A stretch of 64,000 nucleotides of DNA from Escherichia coli (lineage in GTDB: Bacteria > Pseudomonadota > Gammaproteobacteria > Enterobacterales > Enterobacteriaceae): the NCBI RefSeq assembly GCF_030384885.1, contig NZ_CP128613.1, one strand, 5' to 3'. The notes beneath the pieces are model-generated. The model had not been told where the DNA came from and made no database searches. It saw only the letters and a list, made by a program, of their open reading frames with translations. Position numbers and translations under genes: made by a program. Below are positions 12,844 to 24,808 of the stretch, in pieces (within the stretch, counting starts at the first letter, position 1; each line of letters starts with the position of its first letter).

Positions 12844-15800
12844 TTAGTCAAACGGCGGTGGGGCCAGCACTTCACGATTACCGTTGTGCCCCTGTTCGCT
12901 GACAATCCCTTGCGCTTCCATCTGTTCGATAATACGCGCTGCACGGTTATAACCAATGCGGAACTGACGCTGTACGCCTGAAATTGACGCTTTGCGTTTT
13001 TCAATGACAAACTGCACCGCCTGATCGAACAACGGATCCAATTCTTCAGCGCCATCGAAACCACCCGCACCACCTTCGCTTTCGCTGTCGGAGGTGATGC
13101 CGTCAACATACTGTGGGCGACCACGCGCTTTCCAGTCCTGCACCACGGCATGAACTTCCTGATCGCGAACAAAAGCACCATGAACACGTACCGGCAACGT
13201 GGAGTTCGGCCCAGAGTAAAGCATATCCCCCATACCCAGCAGTGATTCCGCGCCAGCCTGATCAAGAATGGTACGTGAGTCAATCTTACTGGATACGGTA
13301 AAGGCGATACGGGTCGGAATATTCGCTTTAATCAGACCAGTAATAACATCAACCGATGGACGCTGAGTTGCCAGTACGAGGTGGATACCCGCGGCACGGG
13401 CTTTTTGCGCCAGACGTGCTATCAGCTCTTCCACTTTTTTACCTACCGTCATCATCAGGTCGGCAAATTCGTCCACCAACACCACAATGTACGGTTCCTT
13501 TTTCAGCACCGGATGCTGCGCATCCATACTGTCACCCGGCTTCCAGTACGGGTCTGGAATCGGACGCATCATGCGATCGGCTTCAGCAATTTTTTCGTTA
13601 TAACCCGCCAGATTACGCACACCCAGTGCAGACATCAGTTTATAACGACGCTCCATCTCGTTAACACACCAGCGCAGCGCGTTGGCGGCATCTTTCATAT
13701 CGGTAACGACTTCCGTTAACAGGTGCGGAATGCCTTCATAAACCGAAAGCTCCAGCATTTTCGGGTCGATCATGATGAAACGCACATCTTCTGGCTGTGC
13801 TTTATAAAGCATGCTCAGGATCATCGCGTTCACACCGACAGACTTACCGGAACCGGTAGTCCCCGCAACCAACAAGTGCGGCATTTTCGCCAGATCGGCA
13901 ACCACCGGCTCACCGGCGATATCTTTACCCAGCACCACGGTTAATGGCGACGGATTATCGCGGAATTTGGCGTTATCCAAAACTTCGCGCAGATAAACGG
14001 TTTGTCGTTTTTTATTCGGTAACTCCAGACCTACATAGGGTTTGCCAGGAATAACTTCAACGACACGCACCGCCACCGTCGAAAGTGAACGGGCAAGGTC
14101 ACGAGACAAGTTAGAAATGCGCGCCGCTTTTACGCCCGGTGCCAGGTTTAATTCAAAGCGAGTGATAACCGGCCCCGGAGAGTAATTGACGACATCGGCT
14201 TTAATACGGAAATCAGCCAGACGCGCTTCCACCAGACGCGCCATTTGTTCAAGCGCAAAGGTATCTACCGGCTCCACTTCGCTCGGCGGCGGTGTCAGCA
14301 AATCCAGAGAAGGCAGCGGCGTCGTCGGTTTATGCAACGGACGGCTGTCGCCATTACGCATCAACAGCGGATGAAGCAGGGTATCCTGCGGCTGCGGCGC
14401 AACCGGTTGTTGTGGCTGCTGATACTGCGGCTGCGGCGCAACTGGCTGTTGCGGCTGCTGATATTGCTGCTGTGGTGCAACCGGCTGTTGCGGCTGCTGA
14501 TATTGCTGCTGCGGTGCAACCGGTTGTTGTGGCTGCTGATATTGCGGCTGCTGATATTGTTGCTGCGGTGCAATCGGTTGTTGCGGCTGCTGTACAGGTT
14601 CAACAATTGGCGTAAACAACGGTTCGTGTGGACCATCATCCAGCAACGCTTTCATTGGCGAAAATTCAAAATCATCCAGCGAGAACGGATTCGCCCCAGC
14701 CGGTTGTTCGCCCGAATAACGTTGCTGTTGAGTTTGAGCAAACTGACGAGCCAGTTCTGCCTCTGCTGCAGCATCTGTATCTTCTGCGTTGACTGGCACA
14801 TCATGTTGATACTGTTCGCCATAGCGTTGCTGCTGCGTCTGGGCGAACTGACGCGCCAGTTCATCCTGCTGCATCGCATCGATTTCATCATCGTTATACT
14901 GATCGCCGGAATCGTACTGATTGCGCTGGGCTTCACGGGCTTTTTCTTCTGCTGCACGCTGTGAGGGCAGCTTAATACCGTAAGACGCCAGTTCACGACG
15001 AGTTGGCACGCGGATGCGTTTCGGTCGTGGCAACTGCGGGCCAATCCCCTCTTTGACCTGCGGACGCGGTCCAGCGCTATTTGCCAGACTGAAAACTGGC
15101 GCGGCAACGGTTGCGGCAGCCCCCGTCGCCAGTGTCGCTTTTTTCACACCAGATGCCAGCGGAGAAACAGCGGCAGCGGCTTCTACTGGAGGTACTGCTG
15201 CAACAGAAGGTGCTTTCAGCGAAGATTTGATCGATTCCGGTTCTTTAACCGGTTCTGGAATCGGTTGATACCAGGCCGCAAGTTGTTCACGTTCACGGGC
15301 TCGCTTCTCTTCCACTTCTTCAAAATAGTAAAGCGGCGGACGCGTGGGTTTTGTCTCTTCTACAACGGGTTCAGGCTCCACAACAGGCTGCTGTTCAACG
15401 GGTTGCGGCTGTTGGTACAACGGCTCCTGAGCGGCTGGCTGCTGATAAGTTTGCTCAGTCTGGTATGTAGACTGTGGAGCAAAAGTGGATTGCTGCTCTT
15501 CGGCTTGCCAGGCGTTACCTGCCATCGATTGTTCTGGCGCAGGGGCGTAATACGGCTGTTGCGCAGACTGTTCCGCCGCAGTTGTGTAATACGGCTGCTG
15601 AACAGGTTGTTCCGCCGCAGGAGCGTAGTAAGGTTGTTGCACAGGTTGTTCCGCCGCAGGCGCATAATACGGCTGCTGTGGCTGTACAGGTTGTTGCAGC
15701 GGCTCATTATATTGCACTGCAGGCTGCGCATATTGTGGCTGCTGAGGGTAACCTTCCGGTGCAGGAGCAATAACCGGCTCTCCCGTTTGTGGCCCCGGTA

Positions 15801-16887
15801 CAGGCTGCCAGGCTACTGTAGGTTGCGCAGGTGGAACATCAACAGAGGCAACTGGCGGCGTCTGAGTCACAGGTTCAACCGGTGCAGCCCAGCTTTGTGT
15901 CGCCGTGGAAGCAGCAGCTGCTACAGCAACAGGTTCGGTAATTGGCGCACCGTTTAATAATGGATCGTATTCGTCATATTCTGGCTGCGTTGCACGATTG
16001 CCCGAAAAGAGGACGTCGTCAGGGTCGGCAGCCACACCGCGTGCAGTGTAGGTAATCTCTTCTTCATCATCCATCCGCTTACCGGAGAACAACGCAGCAT
16101 CTGTTTGCCGCCCCATCGGATTAATAAATTTTTCCGCCAACCGTTTACGACGCGCTAACGCGCCGCGAAGAATACGGGCACGGCGCGATTCATGCTGTTT
16201 GCCGTGATTTTCATCTTCATATTCTTCGTCGTCTTCATACTCATCTTCATCGACCCAGGTATCATCGCGACGGGTACGATTACTGGCGAAGGTGAGAATG
16301 TTTAAAATCCAGCCGCCAAGTTTTTCAGCAATGGTCACCCATGACCAACCGGTAAACAGTGTCAGGCCCGCCGCCCAAACGCAGAGCAGCGCAATAGTTC
16401 CCCCGCTACTGTGTAGCAGTGGTTGTAGCGTAGTGCTTAGTAAGCTGCCGATGACGCCACCGGAGGCAAAATACCAGATATCGTCAGCGTTGATTGCCGC
16501 CAGACCACAAGAGGTAAGGATGAGCGCCAAAACGCCAATGATGCGTAGCGAAACGGCAAAATAATCAATGTATTCGTCACTGGACTGATGACGCCAGGCA
16601 AACCAACAGCCGCCGACGATAATGACGGGAATGGTGTAAGCCATCACGCCAAAAATAAAGAACAGCGTATCTGCCAGCCACGCACCGGGCATCCCACCTA
16701 AATTATGGATAGGTTCATGCCAGGCCGTTTGCGACCAGCTGGGGTCCGAAGGGTTAAAGCTTAGTAAGGCAGCCATCAACCAGACGGCAAACAGGACAAT
16801 AAGGATCAGCAACGCCTCCAGAAGGCGGCGGCCGCTACTTAACTTTGTCAATGTGACTTCTTTGTCTTCAGTGTATTCCTGGCTCAA
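12844..16887 (-). CDS. ftsK: DNA translocase FtsK (N-terminal membrane domain, Pro/Gln-rich linker, C-terminal motor)
   Basis: ORF track 1347 aa; C-terminal Walker-type motor domain; linker with tandem PQ-rich repeats. Confidence 0.95.
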   Translation of the reverse strand: MSQEYTEDKEVTLTKLSSGRRLLEALLILIVLFAVWLMAALLSFNPSDPSWSQTAWHEPIHNLGGMPGAWLADTLFFIFGVMAYTIPVIIVGGCWFAWRHQSSDEYIDYFAVSLRIIGVLALILTSCGLAAINADDIWYFASGGVIGSLLSTTLQPLLHSSGGTIALLCVWAAGLTLFTGWSWVTIAEKLGGWILNILTFASNRTRRDDTWVDEDEYEDDEEYEDENHGKQHESRRARILRGALARRKRLAEKFINPMGRQTDAALFSGKRMDDEEEITYTARGVAADPDDVLFSGNRATQPEYDEYDPLLNGAPITEPVAVAAAASTATQSWAAPVEPVTQTPPVASVDVPPAQPTVAWQPVPGPQTGEPVIAPAPEGYPQQPQYAQPAVQYNEPLQQPVQPQQPYYAPAAEQPVQQPYYAPAAEQPVQQPYYTTAAEQSAQQPYYAPAPEQSMAGNAWQAEEQQSTFAPQSTYQTEQTYQQPAAQEPLYQQPQPVEQQPVVEPEPVVEETKPTRPPLYYFEEVEEKRAREREQLAAWYQPIPEPVKEPESIKSSLKAPSVAAVPPVEAAAAVSPLASGVKKATLATGAAATVAAPVFSLANSAGPRPQVKEGIGPQLPRPKRIRVPTRRELASYGIKLPSQRAAEEKAREAQRNQYDSGDQYNDDEIDAMQQDELARQFAQTQQQRYGEQYQHDVPVNAEDTDAAAEAELARQFAQTQQQRYSGEQPAGANPFSLDDFEFSPMKALLDDGPHEPLFTPIVEPVQQPQQPIAPQQQYQQPQYQQPQQPVAPQQQYQQPQQPVAPQQQYQQPQQPVAPQPQYQQPQQPVAPQPQDTLLHPLLMRNGDSRPLHKPTTPLPSLDLLTPPPSEVEPVDTFALEQMARLVEARLADFRIKADVVNYSPGPVITRFELNLAPGVKAARISNLSRDLARSLSTVAVRVVEVIPGKPYVGLELPNKKRQTVYLREVLDNAKFRDNPSPLTVVLGKDIAGEPVVADLAKMPHLLVAGTTGSGKSVGVNAMILSMLYKAQPEDVRFIMIDPKMLELSVYEGIPHLLTEVVTDMKDAANALRWCVNEMERRYKLMSALGVRNLAGYNEKIAEADRMMRPIPDPYWKPGDSMDAQHPVLKKEPYIVVLVDEFADLMMTVGKKVEELIARLAQKARAAGIHLVLATQRPSVDVITGLIKANIPTRIAFTVSSKIDSRTILDQAGAESLLGMGDMLYSGPNSTLPVRVHGAFVRDQEVHAVVQDWKARGRPQYVDGITSDSESEGGAGGFDGAEELDPLFDQAVQFVIEKRKASISGVQRQFRIGYNRAARIIEQMEAQGIVSEQGHNGNREVLAPPPFD
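14386..14595 (-). repeat. In-frame tandem repeats (about 36-bp unit, roughly 5 copies) in ftsK linker
   Basis: Translation shows reiterated [13 protein letters not shown] units; DNA shows near-identical reiterated units. Confidence 0.8.
15532..15681 (-). repeat. In-frame tandem repeats (about 42-bp unit, roughly 3.5 copies) in ftsK linker
   Basis: Translation shows reiterated [13 protein letters not shown] units. Confidence 0.8.
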
Positions 16888-16965
16888 GAAAGGCTCTCCA
16901 GGTTACAGGCTTTTCCTGCCCGATGCTAAAACGGACAACAGTACCAGGTTACCCCAGTACTGTTG

Positions 16966-16981
16966 CTGTATGGATTAACAG
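16966..16981. promoter_or_regulatory. LexA (SOS) box upstream of ftsK
   Basis: CTGTatggattaACAG matches CTGT-N8-ACAG, about 80 bp upstream of the ftsK start; ftsK is known to have an SOS-inducible promoter. Confidence 0.65.
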
Positions 16982-17021
16982 GAGTGTAATCAAAATACGC
17001 CGATTTTGCACCTGTTCCGTG

Positions 17022-17516
17022 TTAGCGCGTCTTAATAACCAGACGATTACTCTGCTTGACTTCTTCCATAACAACGTATGTCCGCGTGTCATTGACGCCA
17101 GGCAGACGCAGCAGGGTTTCCCCTAGCAACTTACGGTAAGCCGACATATCCGGCACGCGTGTTTTCAACAGGTAGTCGAAATCACCGGATACTAAATGAC
17201 ACTCCTGAATTTCTTCAAGTTTTTGTACAGCGGTATTGAATTGTTCAAACACATCCGGTGCGCCACGATTCAGAGTAATCTCAACGAATACCAGAAGTGA
17301 TGCATCCAGATAATGGGGGTTCAGCAGCGCTGTATAGCCCTGAATAAACCCTTGTCTTTCCAGCCGACGCACACGCTCAAGGCACGGCGTTGGGGAAAGT
17401 CCCACACGTTTAGAAAGCTCGACGTTAGAAATACGCCCATCCTTTTGCAACTCATTAAGAATGTTACGATCGATACGGTCGAGATCTTTGCCAGGGCGCT
17501 TCTTGCTATCTACCAT
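17022..17516 (-). CDS. lrp: Leucine-responsive regulatory protein
   Basis: ORF track 17022..17570; start set to ATG 17516 (MVDSKKRPGKDLDRID...), 164 aa. Confidence 0.95.
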   Translation of the reverse strand: MVDSKKRPGKDLDRIDRNILNELQKDGRISNVELSKRVGLSPTPCLERVRRLERQGFIQGYTALLNPHYLDASLLVFVEITLNRGAPDVFEQFNTAVQKLEEIQECHLVSGDFDYLLKTRVPDMSAYRKLLGETLLRLPGVNDTRTYVVMEEVKQSNRLVIKTR

Positions 17517-17943
17517 TATTATTGTCTCTCTGTATTCCTTCCCTACTCCTGTCTGACCCTGAAACATCACTGTTCAGAGTCGCTACCCGTCACGATAGAC
17601 CGAAATCATTAAGATTCACGGCGCGCAATGCCTGGTCTACGGTGAGAAGACCGTTGCCTGGTGGCAGCTATCGACATCACGAATGGCGTCTGTCCACGCC
17701 ATACGTAGATTTCACTAGCACGGTAAACATGGTATTTACATGCATGGTTATGCGCATATAAGAATACTGTTTTTTTTCTTCCTCGAATGTTTTCGCAAAA
17801 CACCAGGGGATTGTCAAAGCAAAACATCGATTTTTAGTACAACATGCCAGATATTCATTAACAGGGGCGTTTATTCATCATTTAATCGGCTTATAACGCG
17901 GGAAATTTAAGTAGCAGAGGTGATAATGCCGGAGGGAGTTTGA

Positions 17944-19026
<1,083 letters not shown>

Positions 19027-19148
19027 TTTTACAAATCAGTAACAAAAGTAAAGAAGGCGACACCATGCGACTATGGGTCGCCTTTATTTTTTCCCCGTTG
19101 TAACATTGCTCTGCAAATAATTCTGATAACTCACCTGCTAAGCGTGCA

Positions 19149-20915
19149 ATGAATAAATCCCGTCAAAAAGAGTTAACCCGCTGGTTAAAACAGCAAAGCG
19201 TCATCTCCCAACGTTGGCTGAATATTTCTCGTCTACTGGGCTTTGTGAGCGGCATATTGATCATTGCCCAAGCCTGGTTCATGGCGCGTATTCTGCAACA
19301 TATGATTATGGAGAGTATTCCCCGTGAAGCCCTGCTGCTTCCCTTTACGTTACTGGTTCTGACCTTTGTACTGCGCGCATGGGTGGTCTGGTTACGAGAA
19401 CGGGTGGGTTATCACGCCGGGCAGCATATCCGCTTTGCCATCCGACGTCAGGTTCTCGACCGTCTGCAACAAGCAGGGCCAGCGTGGATTCAGGGTAAAC
19501 CGGCGGGGAGCTGGGCGACGCTGGTACTCGAGCAAATTGACGATATGCATGATTACTATGCACGCTACCTGCCGCAAATGGCGCTGGCAGTGTCGGTGCC
19601 GTTGCTGATTGTGGTGGCGATCTTCCCCTCTAACTGGGCTGCGGCGCTCATTCTGCTGGGCACTGCTCCGTTAATTCCGTTATTTATGGCGCTGGTTGGA
19701 ATGGGGGCTGCCGATGCTAACCGACGCAACTTTCTCGCTCTTGCTCGCTTAAGTGGGCATTTTCTCGATCGCCTGCGCGGCATGGAAACATTGCGTATTT
19801 TTGGTCGTGGTGAAGCTGAAATTGAAAGTATTCGTTCTGCTTCGGAAGATTTCCGCCAACGGACAATGGAAGTGCTACGGCTGGCGTTTTTATCCTCCGG
19901 CATTCTCGAATTTTTTACCTCGCTGTCAATTGCTCTGGTCGCGGTCTACTTTGGTTTTTCCTATCTCGGTGAGCTGGATTTTGGGCACTACGATACTGGC
20001 GTGACGCTGGCTGCGGGTTTTCTGGCCCTGATCCTTGCGCCGGAGTTTTTCCAGCCATTGCGCGATCTGGGTACGTTTTATCATGCTAAAGCCCAGGCTG
20101 TTGGCGCGGCAGACAGTCTGAAAACGTTTATGGAAACCCCGCTCGCCCATCCGCAGCGCGGTGAGGCTGAATTAACGTCGGCCGATCCGGTGACCATTGA
20201 GGCCGAGGATCTGTTTATCACGTCGCCGGAAGGTAAAACGCTGGCAGGTCCGTTGAACTTTACTTTGCCAGCAGGCCAACGAGCGGTGTTGGTTGGTCGT
20301 AGCGGTTCAGGTAAAAGCTCACTACTGAATGCGCTTTCCGGTTTTCTTTCATATCAGGGATCGCTACGAATCAACGGAATAGAATTACGTGATTTATCAC
20401 CGGAATCATGGTGTAAGCATCTCTCCTGGGTTGGTCAAAATCCACAATTACCAGCAGCAACACTACGAGATAACGTACTGCTGGCACGACCTGATGCCAG
20501 CGAACAAGAGTTACAAACAGCACTGGATAACGCGTGGGTCAGTGAGTTTCTACCGCTCCTGCCACAAGGAGTTGATACGCCTGTTGGCGACCAGGCTGCC
20601 CGCCTTTCCGTAGGCCAGGCACAACGTGTGGCGGTGGCGCGTGCATTACTGAATCCCTGTTCGCTATTACTGTTGGATGAACCCGCAGCAAGCCTTGATG
20701 CTCACAGTGAACAGCGCGTAATGGAGGCGCTGAATGCCGCCTCTCTGCGCCAGACAACGTTAATGGTCACCCACCAGTTAGAAGATCTTGCGGACTGGGA
20801 TGTCATTTGGGTAATGCAGGATGGTCAGATTATCGAGCAAGGACGTTACGCGGAATTAAGCGTGGCTAACGGTCCTTTTGCCACATTGCTGGCCCATCGT
20901 CAGGAGGAGATTTAA
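19149..20915 (+). CDS. cydD: ABC transporter ATP-binding/permease subunit (cysteine/glutathione export)
   Basis: ORF track 588 aa; N-terminal TMD plus Walker A GRSGSGKSS. Confidence 0.95.
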   Translation: MNKSRQKELTRWLKQQSVISQRWLNISRLLGFVSGILIIAQAWFMARILQHMIMESIPREALLLPFTLLVLTFVLRAWVVWLRERVGYHAGQHIRFAIRRQVLDRLQQAGPAWIQGKPAGSWATLVLEQIDDMHDYYARYLPQMALAVSVPLLIVVAIFPSNWAAALILLGTAPLIPLFMALVGMGAADANRRNFLALARLSGHFLDRLRGMETLRIFGRGEAEIESIRSASEDFRQRTMEVLRLAFLSSGILEFFTSLSIALVAVYFGFSYLGELDFGHYDTGVTLAAGFLALILAPEFFQPLRDLGTFYHAKAQAVGAADSLKTFMETPLAHPQRGEAELTSADPVTIEAEDLFITSPEGKTLAGPLNFTLPAGQRAVLVGRSGSGKSSLLNALSGFLSYQGSLRINGIELRDLSPESWCKHLSWVGQNPQLPAATLRDNVLLARPDASEQELQTALDNAWVSEFLPLLPQGVDTPVGDQAARLSVGQAQRVAVARALLNPCSLLLLDEPAASLDAHSEQRVMEALNAASLRQTTLMVTHQLEDLADWDVIWVMQDGQIIEQGRYAELSVANGPFATLLAHRQEEI

Positions 20916-22637
20916 ATGCGCGCTTTGCTACCCTATCTGGCTCTGTATAAACGTCATAAATGGATGTTAAGCCTTGGCATTGTGCTGGCAATTGTCACAC
21001 TGCTCGCCAGTATCGGTCTGTTGACACTTTCCGGCTGGTTCCTCTCCGCCTCAGCGGTGGCGGGCGTTGCAGGACTGTATAGCTTCAACTATATGCTACC
21101 CGCTGCAGGCGTGCGTGGCGCAGCAATCACCCGTACCGCCGGGCGTTATTTTGAACGTCTGGTGAGCCATGACGCGACTTTCCGCGTGTTGCAGCATCTG
21201 CGCATTTACACCTTCAGCAAATTGCTCCCCCTCTCCCCTGCCGGACTGGCGCGCTATCGTCAGGGCGAATTGCTCAACCGCGTCGTGGCGGATGTTGATA
21301 CGCTCGATCATCTTTACCTGCGCGTTATCTCGCCGCTGGTGGGCGCTTTTGTGGTGATTATGGTGGTGACAATCGGGTTAAGTTTCCTTGATTTCACCCT
21401 CGCCTTTACGCTGGGCGGCATTATGTTACTGACGCTTTTGCTGATGCCACCGCTGTTTTATCGTGCGGGGAAAAGCACCGGGCAAAATCTGACTCATCTT
21501 CGCGGGCAGTATCGCCAACAACTGACAGCCTGGCTGCAAGGGCAAGCTGAGCTGACCATTTTTGGTGCCAGCGATCGTTATCGCACGCAATTAGAGAATA
21601 CTGAAATTCAGTGGCTGGAAGCGCAACGCCGTCAATCTGAACTGACAGCTTTGTCGCAAGCAATAATGCTGTTAATTGGCGCGTTAGCGGTGATCCTGAT
21701 GCTGTGGATGGCGTCTGGCGGCGTTGGTGGCAATACTCAACCAGGCGCGTTAATTGCCCTGTTTGTCTTCTGTGCGTTAGCCGCGTTTGAAGCACTGGCA
21801 CCAGTAACGGGTGCATTTCAGCATCTGGGGCAAGTCATTGCCTCTGCCGTACGGATCACCGATTTAACGGATCAAAAACCTGAAGTCACCTTCCCTGATA
21901 CCCAAACCCGTGTTGCCGATTGCGTTTCGCTGACGTTACGGGATGTTCAGTTCACTTATCCGGAGCAGTCCCAACAGGCACTTAAAGGGATTTCTCTTCA
22001 GGTAAACGCCGGAGAACATATGGCGATTCTCGGGCGAACCGGATGCGGTAAATCAACATTGTTACAACTGCTGACCCGCGCATGGGACCCGCAACAGGGC
22101 GAGATTTTAATTAACGATAGCCCCATAGCCAGCCTGAACGAAGCAACTCTACGACAGACCATCAGCGTTGTGCCACAGCGAGTGCATCTGTTTAGCGCCA
22201 CACTGCGTGATAATCTGTTACTCGCCTCGCCTGGCAGTAGTGATGAAGTTTTGGCGGAGATCTTGCGTCGAGTTGGTCTGGAGAAGCTGCTCGAGGATGC
22301 AGGTCTCAACAGTTGGTTAGGTGAAGGCGGACGCCAGCTCTCCGGTGGTGAACTGCGCCGTCTGGCTATCGCCCGTGCGCTGTTACATGATGCGCCACTG
22401 GTATTGCTGGATGAACCTACCGAAGGCTTAGATGCCACAACTGAAAGTCAGATCCTTGAATTACTTGCAGAAATGATGCGTGAGAAAACGGTGTTAATGG
22501 TCACCCATCGACTTCGCGGGCTCTCTCGTTTCCAGCAAATAATAGTGATGGACAACGGGCAAATTATTGAGCAAGGTACTCACGCAGAACTGCTTGCCCG
22601 ACAGGGGCGTTATTACCAGTTTAAGCAGGGTTTGTAA
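20916..22637 (+). CDS. cydC: ABC transporter ATP-binding/permease subunit
   Basis: ORF track 573 aa; starts immediately after cydD stop; Walker A GRTGCGKST. Confidence 0.95.
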   Translation: MRALLPYLALYKRHKWMLSLGIVLAIVTLLASIGLLTLSGWFLSASAVAGVAGLYSFNYMLPAAGVRGAAITRTAGRYFERLVSHDATFRVLQHLRIYTFSKLLPLSPAGLARYRQGELLNRVVADVDTLDHLYLRVISPLVGAFVVIMVVTIGLSFLDFTLAFTLGGIMLLTLLLMPPLFYRAGKSTGQNLTHLRGQYRQQLTAWLQGQAELTIFGASDRYRTQLENTEIQWLEAQRRQSELTALSQAIMLLIGALAVILMLWMASGGVGGNTQPGALIALFVFCALAAFEALAPVTGAFQHLGQVIASAVRITDLTDQKPEVTFPDTQTRVADCVSLTLRDVQFTYPEQSQQALKGISLQVNAGEHMAILGRTGCGKSTLLQLLTRAWDPQQGEILINDSPIASLNEATLRQTISVVPQRVHLFSATLRDNLLLASPGSSDEVLAEILRRVGLEKLLEDAGLNSWLGEGGRQLSGGELRRLAIARALLHDAPLVLLDEPTEGLDATTESQILELLAEMMREKTVLMVTHRLRGLSRFQQIIVMDNGQIIEQGTHAELLARQGRYYQFKQGL

Positions 22638-22678
22638 GCTATTATTGAACGATCCGACTTGCGTGGAGTTTTGCGGTC

Positions 22679-23383
22679 ATGCGCCTGGTTCAGCTTTCTC
22701 GCCATTCAATAGCCTTCCCTTCCCCGGAAGGCGCATTACGTGAGCCTAACGGCCTGCTGGCACTGGGGGGCGATCTTAGCCCTGCGCGCCTGTTAATGGC
22801 TTATCAGCGTGGTATTTTTCCGTGGTTTTCTCCAGGCGACCCCATCCTGTGGTGGTCGCCCGATCCCCGCGCGGTGCTATGGCCTGAATCATTACATATC
22901 AGCCGTAGTATGAAACGATTTCATAAACGCTCACCCTATCGCGTCACGATGAATTACGCCTTTGGTCAGGTCATTGAAGGCTGTGCCAGCGATCGCGAAG
23001 AAGGAACCTGGATCACGCGTGGCGTGGTCGAAGCCTACCATCGCCTTCACGAACTCGGTCATGCCCACTCCATCGAAGTCTGGTGTGAAGATGAGCTTGT
23101 TGGCGGTATGTACGGCGTGGCCCAGGGAACGCTATTTTGTGGCGAGTCCATGTTCAGCCGGATGGAAAATGCGTCTAAAACGGCGCTTCTGGTATTCTGT
23201 GAGGAATTTATTGGTCATGGCGGTAAACTTATCGACTGCCAGGTACTTAACGATCACACAGCGTCGCTTGGTGCCTGCGAAATTCTCCGCCGGGATTATC
23301 TGAATTATCTCAACCAAATGCGCCTCGGACGATTGCCGAATAATTTCTGGGTACCACGATGCTTGTTTTCACCACAAGAATGA
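22679..23383 (+). CDS. aat: Leucyl/phenylalanyl-tRNA-protein transferase
   Basis: ORF track 234 aa; matches K-12 Aat. Confidence 0.9.
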   Translation: MRLVQLSRHSIAFPSPEGALREPNGLLALGGDLSPARLLMAYQRGIFPWFSPGDPILWWSPDPRAVLWPESLHISRSMKRFHKRSPYRVTMNYAFGQVIEGCASDREEGTWITRGVVEAYHRLHELGHAHSIEVWCEDELVGGMYGVAQGTLFCGESMFSRMENASKTALLVFCEEFIGHGGKLIDCQVLNDHTASLGACEILRRDYLNYLNQMRLGRLPNNFWVPRCLFSPQE

Positions 23384-23664
23384 ATGTTTTCGGCACATTT
23401 CTCCCCAGAGTGTTATAATTGCGGTCGCAGAGTTGGTTACGCTCATTACCCCGCTGCCGATAAGGAATTTTTCGCGTCAGGTAACGCCCATCGTTTATCT
23501 CACCGCTCCCTTATACGTTGCGCTTTTGGTGCGGCTTAGCCGTGTGTTTTCGGAGTAATGTGCCGAACCTGTTTGTTGCGATTTAGCGCGCAAATCTTTA
23601 CTTATTTACAGAACTTCGGCATTATCTTGCCGGTTCAAATTACGGTAGTGATACCCCAGAGGAT

Positions 23665-23886
<222 letters not shown>

Positions 23887-24132
23887 TTGTTTTACCGCCT
23901 GATGGGCGAAGAGAAAGAACGAGTAAAAGGTCGGTTTAACCGGCCTTTTTATTTTGTACGAAGAACGTTGGAAGTATAAGTACATAACTTGTCTCGATGT
24001 AGATATACTGCACAACTTGTTTACAGTATGAGCAAACGAGAATTGTCAGTAAAATTCTTCTTGACCGTTTTACTCCAACTCCCTATAGTAGCGCCCCGTT
24101 GCCCCCCATGAGGTCAGGCAGCAAAACAATTT

Positions 24133-24220
24133 GGTGAGGTGTCCGAGTGGCTGAAGGAGCACGCCTGGAAAGTGTGTATACGGCAACGTATCCGGGGTTC
24201 GAATCCCCGCCTCACCGCCA
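24133..24220 (+). tRNA. serW: tRNA-Ser (anticodon GGA), 88 nt with long variable arm
   Basis: GGTGAGG...CCTCACCGCCA acceptor pairing, anticodon loop CUGGAAA, T-arm GGGGTTCGAATCCCC, encoded CCA; position confirmed by frame arithmetic on overlapping ORF-track entries. Confidence 0.95.
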
Positions 24221-24266
24221 TATTCAAGAAAGAGCTCGTACGAAAGTACGGGCTTTTTTTTCGCAT
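24202..24266 (+). repeat. Direct repeat copy 1 (last 19 nt of tRNA-Ser plus about 45 nt downstream)
   Basis: AATCCCCGCCTCACCGCCATATTCAAGAAAGAGCTCGTA... recurs 182 bp downstream. Confidence 0.85.
24234..24261 (+). terminator. tRNA-Ser rho-independent terminator
   Basis: GCTCGTAC-gaaa-GTACGGGC hairpin followed by T8. Confidence 0.7.
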
Positions 24267-24383
24267 GTTGCACAGTCTGGCGGGGATGAGAAGCCCGGAC
24301 CGGGGTTCGACAACTGGCGACAGCCAGTTGGACAGACCGCGAACGCAGTGAACGGGCTGCCCGCAGGGCGAGCGAAGCGAGTC

Positions 24384-24446
24384 AATCCCCGCCTCACCGC
24401 CATATTCAAGAAAGAGCTCGTAGGAAAGTACGAGCTATTTTCGCAT
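24384..24446 (+). repeat. Direct repeat copy 2 (duplicate of tRNA-Ser 3' end and flank; att-like)
   Basis: 39/39 nt identical to copy 1, then degenerate (CGAAAGTACGGGC... versus GGAAAGTACGAGC...). Confidence 0.85.
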
Positions 24447-24694
24447 TTTAGCTGCCTGTCCGGCAGTGAACTCAAATACTACACGCTTAACCCGTTGTTA
24501 ATAAAGCGAAACCATCAATATTCCCCGCTCAGACCCTTTTTTATCCCTATATCCCAGCGAATATTATTATCAATAACTTACGTCACCCCCACAAAAAAAG
24601 GTCAAATCTGCTCCACCGAAGCACAAAAAAAGCCCGTAACCCCATATTGGATTACGGACTCAGATTGTTGACAACGTGCGATTTGTTTATGTCA

Positions 24695-24789
24695 GATGCG
24701 GCGTGTTCACCTTATCCGACCTACAAAATCATGCAAATTCAACAGATTGCAGTTACCTTGTAGGCCTGATAAGCGCAGCGCATCAGGCA
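24695..24789. repeat. Pair of inverted REP elements (BIME-like) downstream of clpA
   Basis: GATGCGGCGTGTTCACCTTATCCGACCTACA and TTGTAGGCCTGATAAGCGCAGCGCATCAGGCA match the REP family. Confidence 0.7.
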
Positions 24790-24808
24790 TTTTTCCTTCG
24801 CCATCAGA

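Noticed and set aside
14386-15681. CRISPR array interpretation of the regularly spaced repeats
   Set aside because: Repeats are in-frame coding units inside ftsK with no unique spacers, and no cas genes or leader are present.
14245-15957. Long ORFs (239 aa and 230 aa) on the plus strand antisense to ftsK
   Set aside because: They lie entirely within the ftsK repeat/linker region; their translations are low-complexity Arg/Leu-rich strings produced by reading the Pro/Gln repeats in reverse; no start context.
24139-24671. ORFs of 70 and 174 aa overlapping the tRNA-Ser gene and its downstream repeats
   Set aside because: They begin inside the tRNA and run through terminator and REP sequence; these are structural RNA and repeat features, not coding.
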